From: an uncultured Bacilli bacterium
GTDB taxonomy: Bacteria; Bacillota_I; Bacilli_A; RF39; UBA660
Reading direction: 5' to 3'
Length of the DNA: 53,157 nt
NCBI GenBank assembly: GCA_934097105.1
Contig: CAKONI010000004.1
Span: 1 to 53,157 of the forward strand
The translations under genes were made by a program, and so were the position numbers. The notes under the pieces were generated by a model. It saw nothing but the letters and a program-made list of their open reading frames with translations. It ran no database searches and was not told the origin of the DNA. Below, piece by piece: positions 18,088 to 25,431 of the stretch; the stretch's first letter is position 1, and each line of letters opens with the position of its first letter.

Positions 18088-18369
18088 CTAATTTATCAAA
18101 TAATGATATAGCAATTTTTTCTTATTAAATATAAGATTTTCATAAGTATTAGTATCAATATTATTTTTAGAATCTTCTTTTATTTTAATTACATTAAATG
18201 ATTGTTTCATATTATTATCAAATTCAATCCTTTCATTACTAGAGTATTCAACACCATCATAAATCAAATTATATGTAGAACAAACATCAATTTTGGCACT
18301 ATATTTTATACTATTTGCAAGGGTTTCTTCAAATTCAAAAGTGTTCCTGTATTTACTCCAAGATTGCAT
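18088..18369 (-). CDS. Junction ORF (93 aa) at the right end of the element, hypothetical
   Basis: The A and T of its ATG (18369-18368) are host PBP bases and the G (18367) is the junction core base. Codon 2 (CAA, 18366-18364) lies in the TTGC core. There is no RBS upstream. Confidence 0.3.
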   Translation of the reverse strand: MQSWSKYRNTFEFEETLANSIKYSAKIDVCSTYNLIYDGVEYSSNERIEFDNNMKQSFNVIKIKEDSKNNIDTNTYENLIFNKKKLLYHYLIN

Positions 18370-19409
18370 GAGTTTTCAAATACTTGAAGAAATGTTTGAG
18401 CACCATGGCCACCGGGTTTCCAGCATTTAATTTTTGCACCGGATACTTTTACGGATCCACTGTCATAGAATGTATCTTTTTCTAGGTTTACTGCGCCCTC
18501 TTCTACAGCAGCCGCGGTTGTTATTATTTTAAAGGTAGAGCCTGGTTCATATGTCATCCATATTGGAAGATTTCTATTTAATGTTTCTGTATCATATTTT
18601 TTATAATTGTTAGGATCAAAATTTGGTCTTGAACTCATTCCTAGAATTTCTCCAGTATTAGGGTCCATAGCGACCGCTAAAGCATGATCGGGAGTAAAGG
18701 CTTTTGCTATGTTATCTAGTTCTCTTTCAATTGATGTTTGAATATCAAAGTCTACTGTTAGCATTACATCAAGTCCAGATGATGGTTCAGTATATACTTC
18801 GGCCATATCTAGTTTATTTCCTTTAGCATCACTATAATATTTAATCGCGCCATCTTCTCCGGTTAAATACTCATCATATAAAAGTTCTATTCCCGAAAGT
18901 CCTTGGTTATCTATTCCTGTATAACCAAGTACATGAGAAAGCATTTTTCCATTTGGATAATTTCTTTTTGCTTCTTTTACTAAATAAACCCCATCAAAAT
19001 TATAACTATTTATTTTATCTGCTATTTCATATGATAAGTTTCTCCCCTCTGGATGAACCCTTTCTATCGATGCTTTTTTAGTTACATGTTTGTACATATC
19101 ATCATAAGGAGTATTTAAAATATCGCTTAGGGTTTTTGCAACTTCTTCCGGATTTTTTATTTGATTAGGAATTATTATAAGACTAGTTATTGTTATATTA
19201 TCCGCAAGAATCTTACCATTTCTATCTAGGATTTTTCCCCTAGAAGCACTTATTGGAAGTTCTCTACTCCATAAATCATCTGATAAAGTGCTTAATTTGT
19301 TATATGAAAATACTTGTACATATAAAATACGAATAAATATTATTATAAATAAAAGGACTGCTCCAAGAAATATAAATTTCATTCTTTCATTATATTTTTT
19401 AGTAAACAT
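18363..19409 (-). CDS. spoVD: Class B PBP (SpoVD-like), N-terminal segment of a split gene: TM anchor, dimerisation domain, first half of the transpeptidase domain
   Basis: Signal-anchor MKFIFLGAVLLFIIIFI. SxxK motif GSTFK. The segment KCWKPGGHGAQTFLQVFENSCN ends in the SxN motif. After N the frame runs 19 codons into the element and stops (track ORF 18306-19409). Confidence 0.85.
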
Positions 19410-19564
19410 GCTATCACCTAGTGAAATATATGCATAAAATAAATATTTATAAATTATTAATATAAAGAGTTTTGGTGAATTTTAAAGATAATAAAAAGCA
19501 TTAGAATAATATCTAACACTTTTCATCTTTAGTAAGTTTTAATTTTTCTTAGAATTTGTAATAT

Positions 19565-19763
19565 TTATTTAATAAGTTTATTAAAAACTTCTATGATACT
19601 TTCTTCCTTATCTAAATTAATATAAATATAATTATCAAAATTGTTTTTACAAAATTTTTCTAAAATATAGGTTTTTCCTGTTTGTTTTGCTCCGACTAGC
19701 ATAAGTGGCATTTTATAATTATCTATCCATTTTTTTAAGTTCCTCTTCTATTTTTCTATACAT
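19565..19763 (-). pseudogene. AAA+ ATPase (AAA_14/DUF4143 family), 5' fragment, frameshifted and truncated
   Basis: ATG 19763 sits behind a GAGGTG RBS: MYRKIEEELKK, then an A7 run (19730-19736) shifts the frame. With one A removed it reads ...LKKWIDNYKMPLMLVGAKQTGKTYILEKFCKNNFDNYIYINLD (Walker A). It stops after about 65 aa, whereas the family is about 400 aa. Confidence 0.6.
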
Positions 19764-19846
19764 AATAGTCACCTCTATTTAGCATTTCAACATATTTTGT
19801 ACAAAATCCACTAAATATGTTTTCTATAAAATATAAATACTATAAA

Positions 19847-20344
19847 TTATTGTAATTGAAAAGACATGCCTTTCTTACTTTTGCTCAAAATATATACATG
19901 TGATTTTTTGAACTGTTCTTTATTAATTAATTCTTCTACTTCATCTTTTTTTAACCATGATATAGAAGTGACTTCATCTTCATTTAGTTTTATATCTTTT
20001 GGATTAATTGTTTGGTTGGTGTAGTAAATAGCAAAGAATGCTTTTCCGTTTGGATGTTTTTCGTATCCTAAAAACTTTATTTTATCTTTTATTAAATGAA
20101 TTCCTATTTCTTCTTTGGTTTCCCTTATTATGGCTTCAAGCGGTATTTCTTTATGAAGAACATGCCCACCAGTTAGTCCGTATTTACTACCTTTTTCACT
20201 TGAACTTTTTTGAATTAAAAATTTGTTGTTATTTTCTATAATTATAGTAGAAAGCATAATATAATTATTTTCTACTTTTTCTCCTCTTGTTATTGTTTTG
20301 CCAGTTAAATTATGATTTTCATCATATAAATCTAATATTTCCAT
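19847..20344 (-). CDS. NUDIX hydrolase
   Basis: Nudix box GGHVLHKEIPLEAIIRETKEEIGI. 165 aa. Confidence 0.8.
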   Translation of the reverse strand: MEILDLYDENHNLTGKTITRGEKVENNYIMLSTIIIENNNKFLIQKSSSEKGSKYGLTGGHVLHKEIPLEAIIRETKEEIGIHLIKDKIKFLGYEKHPNGKAFFAIYYTNQTINPKDIKLNEDEVTSISWLKKDEVEELINKEQFKKSHVYILSKSKKGMSFQLQ

Positions 20345-20368
20345 AAAAATCCTCTCAACTTATTATTT

Positions 20369-20830
20369 TTATTTTTTAATAATTGTTAGTTTGTCTTTGT
20401 ATACTTTTAATTCATTTAATATACTTTTTTCTTGTTTTTTATATAACTTTACATCTGATAGTTGTTTAAATAAATTTTTAAATGTGGGCTTTACATTATA
20501 ATCTTCTTTTCCTTTTCTTTGCAGAAACCATCTTTTTATCATTTGTTTATAAGTTTTTAGTTTTGATATTTTTATATAATATATTTTGTCTGCTTTTTCT
20601 CTTCCTTTTATGAACCTTTTTCTTCCTATATCTTCGATTATCCATGATGAGGAGTTTATTATTTTAGAAAAGGTTTGTTCTATTTCTTTATTGCTTCTTT
20701 TTTTAGTTAAATTATTTTGGTCATATACGATTTTATCTAATTCATAAGATGTTATATTATATTTTTTACTTAATTTTTTTGATAAATATGTCTTACCAGA
20801 TCCGGTTGAGCCCATTATATATATTTTCAT
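20369..20830 (-). CDS. Small P-loop NTPase (adenylate-kinase/FlaR-like)
   Basis: N-terminal Walker A, MKIYIMGSTGSGKTYLSKKL. 153 aa. Confidence 0.6.
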   Translation of the reverse strand: MKIYIMGSTGSGKTYLSKKLSKKYNITSYELDKIVYDQNNLTKKRSNKEIEQTFSKIINSSSWIIEDIGRKRFIKGREKADKIYYIKISKLKTYKQMIKRWFLQRKGKEDYNVKPTFKNLFKQLSDVKLYKKQEKSILNELKVYKDKLTIIKK

Positions 20831-20869
20831 ATTTTTATTTCCTTATTAATTAGTGATTTTGTTTTGATT

Positions 20870-21280
20870 TTAATTATTTTTTAACCACATGTACATTCCA
20901 TCTTCTGGTATTTCTTTTTTTACTTTAAATCCAAATTGCTTGTAGAAATTTTGTTTATTTGGTGCGGACAAAAGTTGGATCATTATTTCTTCATTGCTTT
21001 CTAAATTCCTTTTTATATAATCGATTAGTGAACTAATTAATAGTTTTCCATATCCTTTGTTTCTGTACTCTGGAATAACTATTACGTCCATTAATAGTCC
21101 GGCATATCCACCATCTGTAACAAATCTTGCCATGCCTATTGTTTTGTTGTTTACAATGCATTTAACATTAACTCCATTTTTTAATGAAATGTTTAGTAAT
21201 CTTTCTGAGGGCATTTTCCATCCGACTGAATCTAATATTTCTTTGTATTCTTGGATTGTTAATTCGTTAAATTTTATCAT
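20870..21280 (-). CDS. GNAT family N-acetyltransferase
   Basis: 136 aa with the acetyl-CoA motif region VIPEYRNKGYGKLLISSL. Confidence 0.75.
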   Translation of the reverse strand: MIKFNELTIQEYKEILDSVGWKMPSERLLNISLKNGVNVKCIVNNKTIGMARFVTDGGYAGLLMDVIVIPEYRNKGYGKLLISSLIDYIKRNLESNEEIMIQLLSAPNKQNFYKQFGFKVKKEIPEDGMYMWLKNN

Positions 21281-21355
21281 TTTATTATTTCTCTTTTCTT
21301 TATAGTTTTTTTTATAGAAAAAGGATTTCTACCAAATGATAGTAATCCCTTTTTA

Positions 21356-22132
21356 TTATACTATTGATCCTCCACCATCTACTACTATAAATTGTCCTTG
21401 TGTGTAACTTGATGCATCGCTTGATAGATATAAAATTGTTCCATTTAGTTCTCCATCATTACCTGGTCTACTACTTGGATTTAGCATATTATAGCCATTT
21501 AAGAATTCTTCAGATTTAAATAAAGTATCTTCTGTCATTCCTGTTTTAAATAAAGCAGGTCCGATGGCGTTTACTGTTATTCCATATCTTGCATAAGAAC
21601 AAGCCATTCCTTTTGTAAGACCTAAAATAGCGGATTTTGAAGCGTTGTAACTATGTCTTATAAATATATCGCTTTTATCTGCAATTATTGCATTTACTGA
21701 AGCAATATTTACTATTTTTCCATATTTTCTTTCTTTCATTCCTGGTATTATATATTTACTTAATAGATACATACCTCTTACATTTACGTTGAATGATTTG
21801 TCCCATTCTTCTACTTCTAGAGTTTCTACTCCTCCGCGGATAGCAACTCCTGCATTGTTAAGTAAAATGTCTATGTGACCATATTCTTCTAGTATTTGGT
21901 CCACGGCATTTTTGATCATTTCTTCACTTGTTACATCGCATTCGATTGCTAGTGCTTTTCTTCCTGTTTTTTTTATTTCTTCTTTTACTATATTTAGTTT
22001 TTCTAAACTTAAATCTAGTAATGCTACGTCTGCACCATACTCAGCATACATATTAGCAGCGCTTCTTCCAAGTCCTGAAGATGCTCCGGTAATTACTGCT
22101 ACTTTTCCTTCTAAATTGAATAAATTTTTCAT
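21356..22132 (-). CDS. SDR family oxidoreductase
   Basis: TGASSGLGRS cofactor motif, NNAG, catalytic YNASKSA. 258 aa. Confidence 0.85.
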   Translation of the reverse strand: MKNLFNLEGKVAVITGASSGLGRSAANMYAEYGADVALLDLSLEKLNIVKEEIKKTGRKALAIECDVTSEEMIKNAVDQILEEYGHIDILLNNAGVAIRGGVETLEVEEWDKSFNVNVRGMYLLSKYIIPGMKERKYGKIVNIASVNAIIADKSDIFIRHSYNASKSAILGLTKGMACSYARYGITVNAIGPALFKTGMTEDTLFKSEEFLNGYNMLNPSSRPGNDGELNGTILYLSSDASSYTQGQFIVVDGGGSIV

Positions 22133-22196
22133 ATTTATTACCTCCTTTTATTATTATAGCATTTATGTGATTTATATGTAAATATTTTATTTTTAT

Positions 22197-22712
22197 TTAT
22201 ATATCAAATTTTCTTATTATTACATTTACTGAAGTTATTTTTACGTTTCCTGTTACTGGGGTTCCTAGTATGCCTGCCATAACTTGTAGTGTCATTGGTT
22301 TATCGAAGGTGAAGAAGTTTGTGTTTAAAAATTGCATCATACTTATTCCTCCGGCTGGTACCATGAATGATAAATCGCTTAAAACTGTTCCGTTTTGATC
22401 TTTTAAATAGAATATTCCTCCATTTGTTGCGGTTACTTCTGAAATTGTACCGCCTAGGGTTATTTCATAGTTACCTGGTTCGTTTATTATTATGTCATTT
22501 AGGCCGTTGAAGGAAAAGTTATTATTGTCTACAGGAAGTATTTTTTTATCATCGAAATTTAAAAGTCTAGATTCGGTAGTTTGTCCGAAACTTGCATAAC
22601 AAATTGCATTTAATAGTGAGTCGCCCTTTTCTCCTTTTGGACCTCTTTCTCCATAGATGCCGATTTCATATAATCTTTTTTTTATTTTTCCATTTTGAAT
22701 AATATAATTTAT
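22197..22712 (-). pseudogene. Collagen-like / BclA C-terminal-domain-like ORF with no ATG/GTG/TTG start
   Basis: Not in the ORF track. Manual translation gives 171 open codons: INYIIQNGKIKKRLYEIGIYGERGPKGEKGDSLLNAICYASFGQ...IIINEPGNYEITLGG...FYLKDQNGTVLSD...VKITSVNVIIRKFDI*. It has four GXY triplets followed by a BclA/C1q-like pattern. The first in-frame Met is 55 codons from the end. A short ATG ORF (MKYEMWKMKHNDK*) lies just upstream in another frame. Confidence 0.45.
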
Positions 22713-22799
22713 TTATCGTTATGTTTCATTTTCCACATCTCATATTTCATTATATGTACAAATGTTTTTGGCGGTTGTGATAAAGTAACAAAAAAAGGC

Positions 22800-25133
22800 T
22801 TATTGTTTTACCTTTTTTGCCTTTTCTTTTATTTTTTCATAGACTTCTTCATAGGTACTTACGAAGATAAATCTAATTGAACTTTTTATTTCTTCTTCTA
22901 TTTGCATGACTTCTTTTTTATTGGATTTTGGTAAGAAAACTTTATTTATACCTCTGTTTTTGGCACCGATTATTTTTTCTTTTAATCCTCCGACTGGAAG
23001 AATTTCTCCGCGAAGTGTTATTTCTCCGGTCATGCTTATTGTATTTTTTATTTTTTGGTTTGTAAATGCACTTATTATTGCTGTTGTAATTGCTATTCCG
23101 GCGCTTGGTCCGTCTTTTTTTACTGCTCCTTCGGGTACGTGTATATGAATGTCGTTTTCTGTTAGTAGATTATAATCTATATTGAATTTTTCATAATTAC
23201 TTTTTATGTAACTTAGGGCGATTCTAGCGCTTTCTATAAATACGTCTCCTAGGGAACCGGTCATTATGATGTTGCCACTTCCTTTGTAGTAATTAACTTC
23301 TATTTTTAGTATGTCTCCGCCGAATGGTGTGTAACTCATTGCGTTTACTACTCCAGTATATTCTTTGGGAAGTGTTTCGTAGGTGTTATATTTTTCGTTT
23401 CCTAAGTATTTTTCTATTTGATATTCATCTATTATTTTTAATTCATTTTTTTTGTCTATTACTATTTCTTTTACTATTTTTCTTAGGATTTTTTGTACTA
23501 ATCTTTCTAATTCTCTTACTCCGGCTTCTTTTGTGTAATTTCTTATTATTTTTTTTATTCCGTCTTCGGTGAATTCTATGTTGTATTCTTTTAGGTTAAA
23601 GTCTTTTATGTTGTTTGGAATTATATGATTTTTACATATATTTATTTTTTCGTATTCAGTATAACTAGATATTTCAATTATTTCTAGTCTATCTAGTAAT
23701 TCATAGGGAATTTGATCTAGATAGTTTGCTGTTAAGATGAACATTACTTTTGATAAGTCATATTCTTCTTCGATATAGTGATCTTGAAAGTATTTATTTT
23801 GTTCTTTGTCTAGGACTTCTAATAGGCTGGATGCTGGGTCGCCTTTTATGTCTTTGGTCATTTTGTCTACTTCGTCTATTATGAATACTGGGTTGGAACT
23901 TTTTGCTTTTTTCATTCCTTCGATTATTTTTCCTGGGGCTGATCCGATGTATGCTCTTCGGTGTCCTACTATTTCGGCTTCATCATTTATTCCACCAACT
24001 GATATTTTGGTGTAGTTTTTGTTTGTTGCTTTTGCTATTGTTTTGGCAAAGGTTGTTTTTCCTACGCCTGGTGGGCCTACAAAGCATATTATTGGATTGT
24101 TTTTGCCTTTGGTTAATTTATTTAGTGCTAAATATTCTAGTATTCTTTCTTTTGCTTCTTTTAGGCCATAATGGGTTTCGTCTAATACTTTTTTGGCGTC
24201 TTCTATTTTTTCGTTATCTTTTGTATAGATTCCAAATGGGAGTGATAATACTGTGTCTATGTAGGTTTTTACCATTCCTATTTCGCTTGACATTGGTGGT
24301 AATGATTCGTACCTTTGTACTTCTAGTTTTAATCTTTCTTTTATATTTTTTGGAAGATTTTTGTTTTCTATTTTTTCTTTTAGGATACTTATTTCTCTAT
24401 CTTTGTCGTAAGATGTTCCTAATTCTTCTTTTATTACTTTGATTTTTTCGTTTAATATATATTCTTTTTGTTCTTGTTCTAGGGATGTTTGGACTTTTTC
24501 TTCTATTTCTTCTTCTAGGTCTGCTAGGCTTATTTCACTACTTATGTCATCAAGGAGCATCATTACTCTTTTTGTGGGTTCTTTTTCGTTTAGATATTCC
24601 ATTTTTCTTTCATATGTTCCTGGGACAAATACTGTTAGAATATCTGTTGTTTTGTCTATATTATTTACTCCGAGTATTTGAGAGAGGATGCTGTTGCTTA
24701 CGTTTGGCATTCTTTCGATGTATGTTTCTACTTGTTTTATTAGGCTTCTTGAATAGGCAGTTTCTTCTAGGGGTAGTAATTTTTTTGTTTCTAGCTCTTC
24801 AAATTTGGATACTTTTATTTTATCTATTTCTTCTTGATATGATAGTACTTTTACTCTTTTTAGACCTTTTATTATTATTCTAGTTCTATTGTTTGGTAGA
24901 TCTATTTTCATATTAATGTAGGCAATTACTCCAATTCTTGGAAAACTTGTTTTGTCTATTGTTTCTTCTAGTTCATCGTTGGGATGAATTATTAATATGT
25001 GTTTATTATAATAGGATTCTGCCAAGGATATTAGTTCTTTGTCCTTGTTATTTTCTAGTTCTAGTCTTATTTCATTGTAAGGAAAAAGGATAATATTTTT
25101 AAGAATTAGTATTGGTAGTTTTCTATTATCCAT
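22800..25133 (-). CDS. lon: ATP-dependent Lon protease (LonA type)
   Basis: N-terminal LON domain, Walker A GPPGVGKTT, and protease motif DGPSAGIAITTAIIS with the catalytic Ser. 777 aa with an AGGAGG RBS. Confidence 0.95.
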   Translation of the reverse strand: MDNRKLPILILKNIILFPYNEIRLELENNKDKELISLAESYYNKHILIIHPNDELEETIDKTSFPRIGVIAYINMKIDLPNNRTRIIIKGLKRVKVLSYQEEIDKIKVSKFEELETKKLLPLEETAYSRSLIKQVETYIERMPNVSNSILSQILGVNNIDKTTDILTVFVPGTYERKMEYLNEKEPTKRVMMLLDDISSEISLADLEEEIEEKVQTSLEQEQKEYILNEKIKVIKEELGTSYDKDREISILKEKIENKNLPKNIKERLKLEVQRYESLPPMSSEIGMVKTYIDTVLSLPFGIYTKDNEKIEDAKKVLDETHYGLKEAKERILEYLALNKLTKGKNNPIICFVGPPGVGKTTFAKTIAKATNKNYTKISVGGINDEAEIVGHRRAYIGSAPGKIIEGMKKAKSSNPVFIIDEVDKMTKDIKGDPASSLLEVLDKEQNKYFQDHYIEEEYDLSKVMFILTANYLDQIPYELLDRLEIIEISSYTEYEKINICKNHIIPNNIKDFNLKEYNIEFTEDGIKKIIRNYTKEAGVRELERLVQKILRKIVKEIVIDKKNELKIIDEYQIEKYLGNEKYNTYETLPKEYTGVVNAMSYTPFGGDILKIEVNYYKGSGNIIMTGSLGDVFIESARIALSYIKSNYEKFNIDYNLLTENDIHIHVPEGAVKKDGPSAGIAITTAIISAFTNQKIKNTISMTGEITLRGEILPVGGLKEKIIGAKNRGINKVFLPKSNKKEVMQIEEEIKSSIRFIFVSTYEEVYEKIKEKAKKVKQ

Positions 25134-25248
25134 TATTTTCCCTCCTTGTGTAAATATTTCTTTTTATTATATATTATTTTTTTAATTTATCAAGTAAAAT
25201 CTACAAGTTTTTTGATTTTTTTTGTTTATTATTGTATTGGTGATACTT

Positions 25249-25416
25249 ATGAAAGTTAAATTATTTGATGAAAGTCATGAAAAGGATTTGGAAGATGCGA
25301 TTAATGGTTTTTTGAGTGAGGATATTGATGTTATTGATATTAAATATGAGGTGGCGATTGAAACATTTGGTGAAGAGCAAATATATTGTTTTTCTGCGAT
25401 GATCATTTATAATTAA
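25249..25416 (+). CDS. cse60: Cse60-family small sporulation protein homologue
   Basis: MKVKLFDESHEKDLEDAINGFLSEDIDVIDIKYEVAIETFGEEQIYCFSAMIIYN matches my recollection of the Cse60/YteV pattern (KxFD..HEKDLE..IN.FL...IKY.V...EQxYCFSAxIxY). Start moved to ATG 25249. Confidence 0.55.
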   Translation: MKVKLFDESHEKDLEDAINGFLSEDIDVIDIKYEVAIETFGEEQIYCFSAMIIYN

Positions 25417-25431
25417 AAAGATACAAGGTTT

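Larger units (their letters stand above)
13591..18367 (-). mobile_element. 4.77-kb intervening/integrative element with a large serine recombinase, inserted in the PBP gene
   Basis: The same 4-bp TTGC sits at both junctions (13591-13594 and 18364-18367). Joining the outer flanks gives gaa aac tca tgc aa(c/t) cca gga ttt = ENSCNPGF in frame. The recombinase gene sits at the left end. Confidence 0.85.

Noticed and set aside
13591-18367. Is the insert a complete prophage, ICE or transposon?
   Set aside because: It is only 4.8 kb. It has no capsid, tail, terminase, relaxase, T4SS or replication genes, and no terminal inverted repeats typical of IS or Tn elements. It is best described as a minimal or remnant recombinase element.
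22695-22880. Plus-strand 61-aa ORF overlapping the lon 3' end
   Set aside because: It is hydrophobic and low-complexity, mostly antisense to lon, and has no RBS. The real signal in this interval is the minus-strand collagen/BclA-like frame.
25222-25248. The upstream start (MFIIVLVILMKVK...) given in the ORF track for the Cse60-like gene
   Set aside because: The family consensus begins at MKVKLFD, and a GGTGA RBS precedes ATG 25249. The 9 extra codons are likely spurious.
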